64,000 nucleotides of DNA from Escherichia coli (lineage in GTDB: Bacteria > Pseudomonadota > Gammaproteobacteria > Enterobacterales > Enterobacteriaceae), in assembly GCF_044324875.1 (NCBI RefSeq), contig NZ_CP172185.1. One strand, 5' to 3'. Positions within the stretch are counted from its first letter, which is position 1. Every line of letters begins with the position of its first letter. Both the position numbers and the translations under genes were made by a program. The notes beneath the pieces are model-generated. The model was given only the letters and a program-made list of their open reading frames with translations. It searched no databases and had not been told where the DNA came from. Positions 1 through 11,490 of this stretch are shown one piece after another.

Positions 1-654
1 ATTGAGAATTTGACGAAGTCATATCGCACGCCAACGGGGCGACACTATGTGTTTAAGGATTTAAACCTCGAAATTCCTTCAGGAAAAAGTGTTGCCTTTA
101 TTGGTCGTAATGGTGCGGGTAAATCAACGTTACTGAGAATGATTGGCGGCATTGACCGCCCCGACAGTGGAAAGATCATCACCAATAAAACGATATCATG
201 GCCAGTCGGCCTTGCAGGTGGATTTCAGGGAAGTTTAACCGGACGCGAAAACGTAAAATTTGTTGCGCGGTTATACGCGAAGCAAGAAGAGCTGAAAGAG
301 AAAATTGAGTTTGTCGAAGAATTTGCCGAACTCGGTAAGTACTTCGATATGCCGATTAAAACTTACTCATCTGGTATGCGATCGCGTTTAGGCTTTGGTT
401 TAAGCATGGCATTTAAGTTTGATTATTATATCGTCGATGAAGTAACCGCAGTCGGTGATGCCAGGTTTAAAGAAAAATGCGCTCAATTGTTTAAAGAAAG
501 GCATAAAGAATCTAGTTTTTTAATGGTTTCACATAGTTTGAATTCATTGAAAGAGTTTTGTGATGTGGCGATTGTGTTTAAAGACGATAATGCGGTTGGT
601 TTTTATGAGGATGTTCAGGAGGGAATAGAAGAGTATTATAGGATATATGCCTGA
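1..654 (+). CDS. kpsT: KpsT, capsule polysaccharide ABC exporter ATP-binding protein (5' end cut by window edge)
   Basis: ORF frame continues to base 1 (IENLTKSY...); Walker A GRNGAGKST; close resemblance to recalled group 2 capsule KpsT; sits upstream of region 2 and convergent with kpsS..kpsF. Confidence 0.9.
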   Translation: MENLTKSYRTPTGRHYVFKDLNLEIPSGKSVAFIGRNGAGKSTLLRMIGGIDRPDSGKIITNKTISWPVGLAGGFQGSLTGRENVKFVARLYAKQEELKEKIEFVEEFAELGKYFDMPIKTYSSGMRSRLGFGLSMAFKFDYYIVDEVTAVGDARFKEKCAQLFKERHKESSFLMVSHSLNSLKEFCDVAIVFKDDNAVGFYEDVQEGIEEYYRIYA

Positions 655-880
655 ATAGCCTGTTTGAATAATAATCCAGCCTGTGAATGTTAACACTAAA
701 TGATTCATGTTACATGATTAAAAATCATAGCGATAATATTTTTTAAATTTCTTGGTTTGTGTGCTGAATATTAGATTTCATTACACTATCAACCGTATGA
801 AAAAATTACTTTTCAAGAAAGTATTTATCAAGAAAGATATAAAATCTAACTTTCCAATTTATCTCAATAGGAAAATATAA

Positions 881-3800
881 ATGAATTTTTTATTCTTTTT
901 AGAGCCTTCTATAGAGTTGAATAATCCTCTCTTCAGATATGCTACTTTAAGAAACTCTCTTCTTCCTCAAATTAAAACATTAAGAAGAATGGGGCATGAT
1001 GTAGTTACATTATTGAGTGACTCGGTTGCACAAAAATGTATTGTAGATAATAAAGTAGAACAAATTGGAACAATTGCCGTAATTGATTCTATCGAATGGA
1101 TGAATGGAGAAGGGTATTTTCCTCGATCGCTGCGCCATCAATCTAGGAATTATTTCGATGGGGAACTATTGAATATAAAAAAAATATTGTTGAATTCTAT
1201 TGGGGACCTTTCTTATAAACCAGATGTAATTATAGTTTGGGAAACTCCAGCCTATTACTTAGAAGAGTTATTTCCAGAGGCAAAATGTATCTATCAAATG
1301 CCTGGGGTATTCTCAAGACCTCCATTTGCAAATTTGGTATCATTTGATGATAGATTGCTGGAAAGAAAAACAAAACCGGTAGATTATATTATTGATGATG
1401 GTGAGTTATCAGATTTTGAAAAATTAAGAGAAAAAGAGAATTCTTTTTTTTCCTCCATAAGCCCAACTAAAAAGAAGATAGAGGATATAAGGAAAAAATA
1501 TTCTAAAATAGTATTATTTCCATTGCAAATTGATAATTATTTCATGGTTTCATCGGTTCTGGGCGATGGGAAAACTCAGTTTGATGCATTGATATCTTGT
1601 TTGAAACTTTTACCTGGTGATATAGCATTAATTGTAACCAACTATATTTCTAGGGATATAAAAAGCGCCGTTTTGAGCCATGAGAATATTAAGTATTTAC
1701 GTAATAGATTTCCTAACTTTAAGTATATTGAGGAGTTTGACCTGATTCCTTGTGTTTCTCAATATTTAGTTCGTGAAGTAGATGGTGTAATTTCTATATC
1801 ATCTTCCTTGGGATATCAGGCCAGATATTGGGGCAAACCGCTATTAACTTTAGGCACTAGCCATATTCAAAACTTCGCCACCACAGATAATTTTGATGAG
1901 TTTATAGAGCAAATCTACACATCGATTGCTTACTTTAATGATAGTAATTTAATTGGTGAAATGAAATATAAGAATGTACCTCAGGACTTTTTATCTAGTG
2001 ACGAATATCCACAATGGCTAATAAATGCAATCACAAGTAAATATACGCATTCATGGTGCGATAATATTTCTAATGAGCTTGCCAAAAGAAAGCGAGAAAA
2101 AGCATGCCTTGACTCTCTTGTCCCATACATAAAAAAATATCATCCCCAAGATGATTATTTTTGTAAAGAGCTTTCAGCACAAATACAGCGTTACTCAATA
2201 ATATCTTTTGATATTTTTGATACCCTGCTTATGAGGCCCTTTAGGCATCCTACTGATTTATATGATTTTATAGAACCTCAAGTTAGGTTACTTACAAAAA
2301 TTCCTCATTTAAATTTCAAAAAAGAGCGAAAAAATGCTGAGAAAATTGCATTTGAAAATGCAATTAAGGCAGGGGTTGGTGAAATAACGATTGAGGAAAT
2401 TTATAAGGTTTTAGGAGGTGCTTTAAATATAAGTGCTCAAGTTCAGGAAAATATAATGCAACTTGAAATGCAAACTGAATATGATCTACTTTATCCAAGA
2501 AAAAGTGGATATAGAGCATATCTTGAGGCTAAACAAGCAGGAAAGAAGATAATTTTTATTTCTGATATGTATCTTGGGAAAAGTTTCTTATCCAAAATTC
2601 TGCATAAAAATGGCTATGAAGAATATGATAATTTATATGTATCCTCTGAACATCGAGTAAAAAAACATAGTGGTGAACTTTTTGACTATGTAATTAATGA
2701 TTTAGGCATAGAGCCGCAAACTATATTACACATTGGTGATAATGTCGAAGCTGATGTGAAAAAAGCAAAATCAAGGAATATTAAACCGTTTCATTTAAAG
2801 AAAGCATATGAAGAGTTTACAACATGTTCAGACTATCAAATGCTCTGGAGCAGAGATGAGAATAAACACTCCTTGGATTGGAAAATACTATTGTCAATAG
2901 CAGGCAATAATCTGCATGACAACCCTTATCTCCCATTCCGAAAAGGAACTATCTTTGGTGGATCTCCATTAAAGCTGGGCTATTATGGCCTGGGACCACT
3001 TTTATTAGGTTATGCAAAATGGTTGGTAGAATCAGCAATAAAGGATAAAGTCGAAAGGCTATATTTCCTATCAAGAGATGGAAAGATAATGAAACAAGCT
3101 TATGATATTGTAGCTAAGCTTTATCATAATGCTCCAGAATCTTATTATCTCCTATGTTCAAGAAGAGCTATAAATCTTGCAAAGGTAAAAACTTATAACG
3201 ATATAATTGATTTGGCAAATGTTGATTATGCGAATAATGTTAGTCTCTCACATTTACTTTTCAACAGGTTCGGTTTACAAATTGATACTATCGCAGATGA
3301 AGTATTAGAAAAACATGGGTTTGATAAACAGTCAAAATTAACGTCGAATGATGTTGATAAACTACAAGAACTGTTATTAGATGTGAAGGATGAGGTGTTA
3401 TCTATTGCAGAGAAAGAAAGGTGTTGTTATTTAGAATATCTTAATGAAATGAAGGTGTTCGATAAGGGAGAAATTTCTATCGTTGATATTGGCTATGCGG
3501 GAACAATGCAACAATCATTATATCAATTATCTTCCAATAGCAAAAAAATCGGTGGTTACTACTTAATAACTTTCAGGCCTGCGATTGATCGAGTTGTGAA
3601 TAATTTATTAGCTATAAAATCATATCTCGCTGAATTTATTGACAGGCATGATACATATCATCCTTTCTGCCGATATGTACCCCTTTATGAAACATTATTT
3701 AGTTGTTCTGATACAACATTTATCCGTATGACAAAGGACTTAAGTGGTACGCTCGTTCCTGTGTTTATGGAGAGTACTCCGGTAGAAAATACACGAAAAA

Positions 3801-4294
3801 CAATTGTTGAACATATACAAAAAGGTGCGGTAAATTATATTTCAGAAGTGGTAACCATATTAGGTGAGCATTTTAAACACCTTGATATAGAACCAAATAA
3901 AACACTTCGTGCATTAAATATATTTTTTTCCAATCCTCACCCAAGAGATGCAAAGATATTTTCAGGGGTGGTTTTTGAAGATGCTTATGGTGGAACTCAG
4001 CATAAAACAATTTTACCTGACATCAAAAACATCAATTCTACTTGCGTCTGGGAAACAGGTAGAAAAGTCTTAAGAAATAATCTAGTTAATGAACAGGAAA
4101 ATCAAAAAAATGGCCAAAAGGCTGATAAATATGAAAGTAATACTAAAACAACAAAGCAAAAAATAATATATTCTTTATTAGTAAAAACATTAGCCAAAAG
4201 GAAAAGAGAAAAATTCATCAAAAATCCTGAGCTTTTTTTTTATGATTCCAAAAAGACGATAGTCAAGAGTATTGGTAAATTATATTTATCATGA
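881..4294 (+). CDS. capsule region-2 multidomain protein (1137 aa): N-terminal KpsC/KpsS-like domain, central HAD-like domain, uncharacterised C-terminal half; putative serotype-specific polymerase
   Basis: AT-rich ORF between kpsT and kpsS; N-terminal segment with VLFPLQIDNYF resembles the LQV(Y/F)NDSQ region of KpsS/KpsC; HAD motif I FDIFDTLL and motif IV-like IGDNVEADV. Confidence 0.6.
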   Translation: MNFLFFLEPSIELNNPLFRYATLRNSLLPQIKTLRRMGHDVVTLLSDSVAQKCIVDNKVEQIGTIAVIDSIEWMNGEGYFPRSLRHQSRNYFDGELLNIKKILLNSIGDLSYKPDVIIVWETPAYYLEELFPEAKCIYQMPGVFSRPPFANLVSFDDRLLERKTKPVDYIIDDGELSDFEKLREKENSFFSSISPTKKKIEDIRKKYSKIVLFPLQIDNYFMVSSVLGDGKTQFDALISCLKLLPGDIALIVTNYISRDIKSAVLSHENIKYLRNRFPNFKYIEEFDLIPCVSQYLVREVDGVISISSSLGYQARYWGKPLLTLGTSHIQNFATTDNFDEFIEQIYTSIAYFNDSNLIGEMKYKNVPQDFLSSDEYPQWLINAITSKYTHSWCDNISNELAKRKREKACLDSLVPYIKKYHPQDDYFCKELSAQIQRYSIISFDIFDTLLMRPFRHPTDLYDFIEPQVRLLTKIPHLNFKKERKNAEKIAFENAIKAGVGEITIEEIYKVLGGALNISAQVQENIMQLEMQTEYDLLYPRKSGYRAYLEAKQAGKKIIFISDMYLGKSFLSKILHKNGYEEYDNLYVSSEHRVKKHSGELFDYVINDLGIEPQTILHIGDNVEADVKKAKSRNIKPFHLKKAYEEFTTCSDYQMLWSRDENKHSLDWKILLSIAGNNLHDNPYLPFRKGTIFGGSPLKLGYYGLGPLLLGYAKWLVESAIKDKVERLYFLSRDGKIMKQAYDIVAKLYHNAPESYYLLCSRRAINLAKVKTYNDIIDLANVDYANNVSLSHLLFNRFGLQIDTIADEVLEKHGFDKQSKLTSNDVDKLQELLLDVKDEVLSIAEKERCCYLEYLNEMKVFDKGEISIVDIGYAGTMQQSLYQLSSNSKKIGGYYLITFRPAIDRVVNNLLAIKSYLAEFIDRHDTYHPFCRYVPLYETLFSCSDTTFIRMTKDLSGTLVPVFMESTPVENTRKTIVEHIQKGAVNYISEVVTILGEHFKHLDIEPNKTLRALNIFFSNPHPRDAKIFSGVVFEDAYGGTQHKTILPDIKNINSTCVWETGRKVLRNNLVNEQENQKNGQKADKYESNTKTTKQKIIYSLLVKTLAKRKREKFIKNPELFFYDSKKTIVKSIGKLYLS

Positions 4295-4483
4295 ATATTA
4301 AGGGGGCGCATATGTATCCGAATTATATATATCATGATTATTTTTTTTAGTTGTTAGAAATAAATTCTTAGCATGGATGCTGTTATTCTTTTTTATATAA
4401 TAAACTTTAGATAATATGAATTGTTTATTGTCAAAAATAAGTATATTTTATTGGGTTAATATATATTTGTATGGTGCATCGGA

Positions 4484-5641
4484 ATGATTGAGTTTATTTG
4501 CTCTGAATTAAATAAAAACCCATATTTAGAAATAATTCCCAATCACAAGTCAAAAATGGTTTATATTGCTTTTTCATCGGTAGATATACCGAGAGGGGCA
4601 TTTATGTTTTGGAAAATAATCAATAGAATGGATGCCTCCAAGATTTTTATTAATGATGAACATAATGGGTGGTATGTTCATGGAATTCCTGGTGTAGGTG
4701 ATGTTAACAAAAGCATTGATTTTTTATTCAATATTTTAAATATGCTTAAAGCAGAAGAGGTAATATTGATAGGCCCCTCAATGGGGGGGTATGGTGCCAT
4801 GTTATATGGTGCTATTCTTAAAATGAAGATGCCATGGATACAATTTCGATGCCTTTCTTTTGGTGGTGAGTTTCATCTGTATATAAAGGAAGCAAGAAGT
4901 GGCAAGCTATCTAAAAAACCACGTAATCCATATTATGCTGATATAAGATGTTTAGTATCCTCATCTGAATTGGATATAGTTCAGGTTTATGGTGACGATG
5001 ATATCAATGATATTTATCAAGCCCATCTTGTTCATGGAATTAAAAATATTGATCTAATTTCTGTAAGAAATTCCCCGCATGCGGTTTCGACGTATTTAGG
5101 AAAGAAAATTGATTTAACAAAAGCAATTAAAAATTATGAATCCTATGGAAAGTTTGAGGTTGAATCTGCATCTAATGTCAGTCAATTTAAAGAGCATGGC
5201 GCTCTATTATATTTTGGTCATTTAATGATGCTTGATAATAATGCTAAAGAGGCAATTAAAAAATTAGAAAAAGCAATAACTATCATACCAGACCATGCTC
5301 TGACGCAGCATAAACTTGGACTTGCATTACTCATGCTGAAAAAAGAAAAAGAAGCACTTTTACACCAAGAATTAGCTATAAATCTAAATCCTGATCTGGC
5401 TCATGCACATTTTCATATTGCCATGCTATCAGAGATGAATGGCGATATTAAAAAGGCTGAGTATCATTACAAAGAGTGTATTAGGTCTGATGAACGTCAT
5501 ATTCGAGCATTGATTTCATTATCATTGTTATATGAAAAAGTAAAGGAGTATGAACTGGCTTTGGATTGTTCATATAAGGTTTTAGCGTATTCTGAAGGTA
5601 ATAAAATGGCCTTGGATATAGTACGAAGAATTACAAAGTAA
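4484..5641 (+). CDS. capsule region-2 protein (385 aa) with alpha/beta-hydrolase-like GxSxG motif and C-terminal TPR-like repeats; function unknown
   Basis: AT-rich ORF co-oriented with region-2 gene 1; GPSMGGYG motif; repeated helical A/L/K-rich C-terminal blocks typical of TPR. Confidence 0.55.
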   Translation: MIEFICSELNKNPYLEIIPNHKSKMVYIAFSSVDIPRGAFMFWKIINRMDASKIFINDEHNGWYVHGIPGVGDVNKSIDFLFNILNMLKAEEVILIGPSMGGYGAMLYGAILKMKMPWIQFRCLSFGGEFHLYIKEARSGKLSKKPRNPYYADIRCLVSSSELDIVQVYGDDDINDIYQAHLVHGIKNIDLISVRNSPHAVSTYLGKKIDLTKAIKNYESYGKFEVESASNVSQFKEHGALLYFGHLMMLDNNAKEAIKKLEKAITIIPDHALTQHKLGLALLMLKKEKEALLHQELAINLNPDLAHAHFHIAMLSEMNGDIKKAEYHYKECIRSDERHIRALISLSLLYEKVKEYELALDCSYKVLAYSEGNKMALDIVRRITK

Positions 5642-5731
5642 AATAATCTGTGTCTCAGTGTAGGTATGTGGCGGTAATGATTTAACTAATAGTTATTGAA
5701 TGTTTCAGTTATACTGAATAAAATTATTATA

Positions 5732-6982
5732 TTAATGGTTTTTAATTTGAGTAGTGTGCATTGTTTGTGTAATGAAAAGATTATTACCATTATTAATATT
5801 ATATTTAAAACACCCATAAAAAACCCAATTAACCTGTGTCTTCACCAATAAATACCCACGAAACTTCTTAAACAGTTTCATATTCGGTTTAAAATCGGCC
5901 TGCCAGAACTGGTGCAAATGCCCTTGATACGTCAAGCCCTTGATGTCGTACAGGGCATTGCCCATCACTTTGAGTGGTTTGTTATGAATCAGTGCAGAGA
6001 TCCCCGCCGTACTGTTAATCGTCACCACCGCTTTAGCATGGCGTAATAGTTCCGGCATCGGGAGATCGTGCACATAAATGACGCGCTCACCTAAGCCATA
6101 TTCCTTACTCAACCGCTTAATTAATGGTCGATAGAGTCTGTGACCACGATCCATCGGATGATGTTTGATCACCAAATAACTTTCTTTCGGCGCTTTACGT
6201 GAAAATGAGTACATGACTTCATTAATATAGTCACGCACATCGTTATAATTGCTGTGGTTACGAATCTGGCTATCGTTATATACCTGCAAAACGGCAAGAT
6301 AATAACGCTGGTCCAACTCGTTCATTAACCTCGGTAATACCTTACGCTGTGTTACCTTGTAAAGTTGCTTGCGCCAGTATGCACGAACCCAGCAACGAGC
6401 TTCATACCACGGGGAAAATGATTTATGGTGGCGGTAGCGAGGGAACTCATGACGGTAATGCCAGCCCATCAGGTAATACCACATCGCATGACCTATACGT
6501 TTCATCGTTGAAGGTTTTAAGTTCTCAACGTGCGGCGTAGGCATATCTGGTAACTTACGATAAAAATCCGGATCGCGCGGTAGCGATGAATATGCGTTCA
6601 CTCCGCCTTCTTCAACGGTAATAAATTGCGGGCGTAAATATCCTTCCTCAAATGCCAGAAAGCGGATCCCTTTCGACTTTGCCCAGCGTTTTGCTTCTTT
6701 GTGCAATGGGCGGCAGTCACCAAAGCAGAGGATGGTATCAAAGTCATATTGCCGGTGGAGATCCCGTAACCATCCGGGGAACTCTTTCGGCGTTTGGTAG
6801 TAAGCCAGGTATTGTCGATGGCGGCAGTAAAAACGATCCCCACCGTTGAATACAACATTCACAGCGTTACGTCCTAATGACTCTAACCATTCGGCGACGT
6901 CATTGAAAAAAGGTCCCATCGGCCCCTGCAATAGCAGATATTTTTTACCGGATAATAAAACGGTTAGTGCATTACCTTGCAT
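5732..6982 (-). CDS. kpsS: KpsS, capsule biosynthesis beta-Kdo transferase (region 1)
   Basis: 416-aa ORF MQGNALTVLLSGKKYLLLQGPMGPFF...; conserved YLAVLQVYNDSQ motif; last gene of the kpsFEDUCS block. Confidence 0.9.
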   Translation of the reverse strand: MQGNALTVLLSGKKYLLLQGPMGPFFNDVAEWLESLGRNAVNVVFNGGDRFYCRHRQYLAYYQTPKEFPGWLRDLHRQYDFDTILCFGDCRPLHKEAKRWAKSKGIRFLAFEEGYLRPQFITVEEGGVNAYSSLPRDPDFYRKLPDMPTPHVENLKPSTMKRIGHAMWYYLMGWHYRHEFPRYRHHKSFSPWYEARCWVRAYWRKQLYKVTQRKVLPRLMNELDQRYYLAVLQVYNDSQIRNHSNYNDVRDYINEVMYSFSRKAPKESYLVIKHHPMDRGHRLYRPLIKRLSKEYGLGERVIYVHDLPMPELLRHAKAVVTINSTAGISALIHNKPLKVMGNALYDIKGLTYQGHLHQFWQADFKPNMKLFKKFRGYLLVKTQVNWVFYGCFKYNINNGNNLFITQTMHTTQIKNH

Positions 6983-7016
6983 AAATAATTTACGTAATAG
7001 TCAACTATGAAATTGT

Positions 7017-9044
7017 TTAGCCAAATCTGACCTTGCAGAACATAATTAATTTGCGGTAATAGCGTATGACTCGCCCCGCTTTTTTTCGGGTAATAAACAT
7101 CGGCTTGCGCGGCGTCTTGATTAAATATTCCGCAGCTTCTTCTACCGTAATAGGTTGTAGCCGTGTTGGGTGGATATAGGTTGGATAAACAATCAACGCC
7201 TGATAGATCAAATCTGCTAACGTTAATTTTTGCTCGCGGCGCGGGCAGTGATGTTCATCAACGGTTAAACCCCAACCGGCATAGAAGGGCAGGCCGTAAC
7301 AATGTACGTGCTTGCCATGTAATAACGCTTCAAACCCGGACAATGATGTCATGGTGTGCACTTCATCTGCGCGCTGAATGCATTGAATAATATCGGCGTC
7401 CAGTGCCTGATAATCAGCGAGTTCAGCAGTCAGTTCTGCCGGAATATCGCCCTTGCGATTCCCCACCAGTACATCCGGGTGCGGTTTATAAACAATGTAG
7501 GCGTGCGGATTGCGCTCGCGTACTGTGCGTAATAACTCAAGGTTGCTCTTAATCGAGACAGTGCCTGTTTTAATAGAGGCATCGTCCTCTACCTGACCCG
7601 GCACCAGGATAACTTTTTTATCTTTGGCTTCGGCTGGTAGAGAGAAATCGGCTCCCAGGTTGTACTTACTCAGTTTGCTTTCAACCAGTCGCTGGCGTAA
7701 TTTTTCAGCTCGCATCTGCTGCGCCAGCGTTAACTGGCTGTGATTAAGCAGGACTTCCAGGTCGCTGGGGCGCGTGGCGTCATAGTAGATCCCGCGTTTA
7801 TCCAGTACCAACGATAGCGGCGGCAGCAGGTCAGAGCCAAGTCCGGATGAACGCAGAAAACCATCTTCCATTCGCCATAACGGCAGTGATTTTTGTTGCG
7901 CTTCGGCTAGCCATTGCTGTTCTCCCTTTACACCCCATACCACGCAAGCCGTCGCCGCAGTACAACGGCGTGAATAACTCAGTCTGTTTGTTGCGGTACG
8001 CAAGAAAGGTTTCAGGATTGCCGACTTCCACAGCGTTAAGCCTGGCGACCATAAATAGCCATTACGCTGTTGCTGATGGTTGCGCTGTAATTGCAGCCAT
8101 TGCAGTACGGTAAACAGATCGCTTGCGGCCCCCGTGAGCGGGTCGATATAGCGACAGTAACGCAGGTATGCAGCGGCAAAAAGTTCTTCCAGCGTGGCAG
8201 AACCGCGTCGGGCAGATAACAAAGCGGACTGCGGATGGCGATCGTCGGTTAAGCCCCAGCCTGCATACCAGGGCTGGCCGAAACATGTTACTGGTTTTCC
8301 TGCCAGCAAGGCTTCAAAGCCGTATTGGGATGTCACGACGTAAACCCGGGAAACGTGTCGCAACAGCGACTGCGGGCTGACATTCTCGGCAATCAAACGT
8401 ACTCGTTGCGTGGCGCGCAGATCAGCGAAATAACCTGTTTTCTTTCCTTCCAGGACATCCGGATGCACCTTCACCCAAATTTCGGCTTGAGGATTTTCCG
8501 CCATCGCGGCTTCCAGCATGGCAGCAAACTCATGCGGGCCAGCATTGCCATACGTCACTGACATATCATTAAATGTCTGATCGACAACCAGAACGATGTC
8601 TGAACGTTCTGACTCATCAGCCACAAACGCAGGTGCTAGGTTATATTTCGACAAATCCCCGGTCACGATGGTGTGCATCGCTTCTCTGGCCAGGCTTATC
8701 AGAGCTGTATTTCCGGCTTTATCCTGTACCAGTTTCTCCAGTGCTGAAGGCTTGCTGGCATCGTAGTAAATGCCACAATCATCCACCACCAGAGAAAGCG
8801 GCGGCTCGCCATTGACGCCAAGATCCAGCGAACGCACAAATCCATCTTCCAGACGAATGACGGGTTTTCCCGCTGCTTTGGCGATGGCGACTGGTTTCGC
8901 CGCGCTGGGACGATGTCCCCACACGGCGATAGCATCAACTTCTTGCGGAACAGGGCGCAGCAGAGAAAGTTTCTGGCACGGTTGCGCCAGAAATTTCTCC
9001 AGATGCGGAATACGCCAGATGCCAGGCGAGTAAATGCCAATCAT
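7017..9044 (-). CDS. kpsC: KpsC, capsule biosynthesis dual-module beta-Kdo transferase
   Basis: 675-aa ORF with two repeated modules ([14 protein letters not shown] / [14 protein letters not shown]); 4-bp overlap with kpsU. Confidence 0.92.
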   Translation of the reverse strand: MIGIYSPGIWRIPHLEKFLAQPCQKLSLLRPVPQEVDAIAVWGHRPSAAKPVAIAKAAGKPVIRLEDGFVRSLDLGVNGEPPLSLVVDDCGIYYDASKPSALEKLVQDKAGNTALISLAREAMHTIVTGDLSKYNLAPAFVADESERSDIVLVVDQTFNDMSVTYGNAGPHEFAAMLEAAMAENPQAEIWVKVHPDVLEGKKTGYFADLRATQRVRLIAENVSPQSLLRHVSRVYVVTSQYGFEALLAGKPVTCFGQPWYAGWGLTDDRHPQSALLSARRGSATLEELFAAAYLRYCRYIDPLTGAASDLFTVLQWLQLQRNHQQQRNGYLWSPGLTLWKSAILKPFLRTATNRLSYSRRCTAATACVVWGVKGEQQWLAEAQQKSLPLWRMEDGFLRSSGLGSDLLPPLSLVLDKRGIYYDATRPSDLEVLLNHSQLTLAQQMRAEKLRQRLVESKLSKYNLGADFSLPAEAKDKKVILVPGQVEDDASIKTGTVSIKSNLELLRTVRERNPHAYIVYKPHPDVLVGNRKGDIPAELTAELADYQALDADIIQCIQRADEVHTMTSLSGFEALLHGKHVHCYGLPFYAGWGLTVDEHHCPRREQKLTLADLIYQALIVYPTYIHPTRLQPITVEEAAEYLIKTPRKPMFITRKKAGRVIRYYRKLIMFCKVRFG

Positions 9045-9781
9045 GCGTTTTCAGCCAGTTCCTGTGCCATCAGGGCGCGCACTTTTTCCAGGCATGCTGG
9101 GGTGTCGACGCCCGGACCGGTTGCGGCAACCTCAAATGTGCGGATGTTGATCCCCGCGCTCATCAACCGCAGCTGCTCCAGTGATTCTGCCTGCTCCTGC
9201 ATGGACTCCGGTAACTGGCTGTAGTTTTGCAGCACATCGCGACGATAAGCGTAAATACCAACGTGTTTCAGGTAGCGCGCTTTTTCAGCATTACGCGGAT
9301 ACGGAATAGGCGAACGGCTGAAATAAAGCGCATCCTGGCGGGTATTTACCACCACTTTTACCGTGCTTGGCTCGGTCGCTTCTTCGGCAGAAATCGCGTG
9401 GCATAGCGTTGCCACTGGCAACGCGGGGTCATCACGCATTCCTTGTAACAGCGTTTCTACATCCCGCGGGCGAATCATTGGTTCGTCGCCCTGCAGGTTA
9501 ATGTAGATATCTGCCTCGACTTTATGCATCACCTCGACCAGCCGATCGGTGCCGGATTCATGATCGTTGCGCGTCATGATGGCTTTCCCGCCAAATGCCT
9601 GCACGGCCTGTTCAACACGCGGATCGTCTGTTGCCACCCAAACTTCCGCAACGCCCGCCACCTGTAACGCACGCTCGTAAACATGCTGGATCATCGGTTT
9701 GCCGACAATATCGAGTAGCGGCTTACCCGGCAGACGCGATGAGCCATAACGAGCCGGGATGACAATAACAGCTTTGCTCAT
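9041..9781 (-). CDS. kpsU: KpsU, CMP-Kdo synthetase (KdsB paralog)
   Basis: 246-aa [25 protein letters not shown]...; cytidylyltransferase signature; position in region 1. Confidence 0.92.
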   Translation of the reverse strand: MSKAVIVIPARYGSSRLPGKPLLDIVGKPMIQHVYERALQVAGVAEVWVATDDPRVEQAVQAFGGKAIMTRNDHESGTDRLVEVMHKVEADIYINLQGDEPMIRPRDVETLLQGMRDDPALPVATLCHAISAEEATEPSTVKVVVNTRQDALYFSRSPIPYPRNAEKARYLKHVGIYAYRRDVLQNYSQLPESMQEQAESLEQLRLMSAGINIRTFEVAATGPGVDTPACLEKVRALMAQELAENA

Positions 9782-9790
9782 TTCAACTCC

Positions 9791-11470
9791 TTACAAAGAC
9801 AGAATCACTTTTGCACCCACCGCCAGCTGATAGAGGATGGTGGAAATACCACGGGTAACTTCAATATTTTTCGATTCATATTTCGGCAGAACCATAATCT
9901 CATCGCCCGGCTTGAGTGAATCCACATCTTCCGCGTTGACCGCAGCACCGTTCTGACGAATGACGATAATTCTGGCGTTACCCGATTTTTGCGTCAGGCC
10001 ACCACATTTCTCGATGTAATCCTCGGTGGTCATTCCCTTCTGCCAGCTCACCGCGTTCGGGAACAGCACCTCGCCGTGAACCATAACCAGCGACGTTTTC
10101 TCCGGAATATTGATGACGTCGCCATCTTCCAGCAGAACAGAATCAATATTGGACTCGTTGAGGATCACTTCACCTTTCGGAACCACGGTGCGCGCTTTCG
10201 CCACAAAGCGGCTGATCAGTTGCGCTTCCTGCATTCGCAGGCTGGCTTCTTCTTTGGTGGAGGACTGGGCGGAAAGAGATGCTTCCTCCAGCTTTTGCAG
10301 CGAGAGATTCAGCATCTCTTTCTGACGCTGGGCCACTGATGGGCGATAAAGCTGAACCGCGTTCATCTGCGACATGCTGTTCGGACGGACTTTTTCCAGA
10401 ACCGCACGCATGGTAGAGCCATAAGGCAGCACCATGGCGTGTTCACCGGAGTGCGCGCCTTCAACCCGCACCTGAATGGTGCCTGCATAGCGGTCAGTGC
10501 TGACGATTAAGGTATCGCCATTTTGCAACATACGGCCTGGCGCAGAACTGATCGGATAGTATTCGCTACGTTTTTGCAGTCCCTGTTTACGCATAATCGT
10601 AATGTGAGTCGCGCCAGGCTTAGGGCGCGCCCAGCTCAACGCTTCCGTTACGGGAATGCTGCTTTCGCGGAACTCAAAGTCGTAGCTGTTAAAGACATCG
10701 CCCTGAACGCTGAAAGTATGCTGACGCGGCCCGACGATGATGGTGTCACCATCGGCGAACTGCGAAAGCCCCAGTTTACCGTTCAGCAGGAAGTCGTACA
10801 GGTTGACGTTGGAGCGCACGCGGTTACCGCGCTTGACCACAATATCAACGTAACTTCCGCGCTCTGGATCAACGCCGCCAGCCTTGATCAGATAATTGAG
10901 TAACGAATCAGACGTCACACCGCCATACAGACCAGGATTACGCACAAATCCGGTCACGTACACTTTTACTGGCTGCGCCTGTAATAAGGAGGCGTAGACG
11001 TTGACGTTGGACTGGTACACTTCCTTCACTTTTGATGTAACCAGAGTGTTCAACTGACTATTGCTAACCCCGGCAACTTTCACCGGACCAACGTTTGGCA
11101 GAAAAATATTACCTTTGGGATCAATCTGTAATGCACCATCAAAGGTGAACGCACCCCACAAGCGAACCTGAATGCTATCACCCGGATTCAGAATATAGTC
11201 AGGGTTGAATCCTACCGTCGCACCGCTATCCGCGCTGGTGCCGTTGAAAAGTTGAGCACCAAACATGCGGCTCATGACCACCGGCGGTGCGGGCGGCGGG
11301 GTATTGTCGAAGCCGCTCATGTTTTGCGTATCCGACTGTTGCCCGTTCAGAATACCGGTAAGCGGCGCGGCTCCTGTCAGGTTTGGGTCAGCGTTAATAT
11401 CAATGGCCGCGCTGGCCTGCGCCGCGTGACAGGCGGCAATCAGTAAAATTGATTTAAATAATTTCATCAC
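9791..11470 (-). CDS. kpsD: KpsD, capsule polysaccharide export protein
   Basis: 559-aa ORF with N-terminal signal peptide MMKLFKSILLIAACHAAQASA; position between kpsU and kpsE. Confidence 0.9.
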   Translation of the reverse strand: MMKLFKSILLIAACHAAQASAAIDINADPNLTGAAPLTGILNGQQSDTQNMSGFDNTPPPAPPVVMSRMFGAQLFNGTSADSGATVGFNPDYILNPGDSIQVRLWGAFTFDGALQIDPKGNIFLPNVGPVKVAGVSNSQLNTLVTSKVKEVYQSNVNVYASLLQAQPVKVYVTGFVRNPGLYGGVTSDSLLNYLIKAGGVDPERGSYVDIVVKRGNRVRSNVNLYDFLLNGKLGLSQFADGDTIIVGPRQHTFSVQGDVFNSYDFEFRESSIPVTEALSWARPKPGATHITIMRKQGLQKRSEYYPISSAPGRMLQNGDTLIVSTDRYAGTIQVRVEGAHSGEHAMVLPYGSTMRAVLEKVRPNSMSQMNAVQLYRPSVAQRQKEMLNLSLQKLEEASLSAQSSTKEEASLRMQEAQLISRFVAKARTVVPKGEVILNESNIDSVLLEDGDVINIPEKTSLVMVHGEVLFPNAVSWQKGMTTEDYIEKCGGLTQKSGNARIIVIRQNGAAVNAEDVDSLKPGDEIMVLPKYESKNIEVTRGISTILYQLAVGAKVILSL

Positions 11471-11490
11471 AAACTCATTCAGCGACAGCG

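Noticed and set aside
655-880. ops / JUMPStart element between kpsT and region 2
   Set aside because: No GGCGGTAG-type ops motif seen in this intergenic tract; it is expected upstream of kpsM, outside the window.
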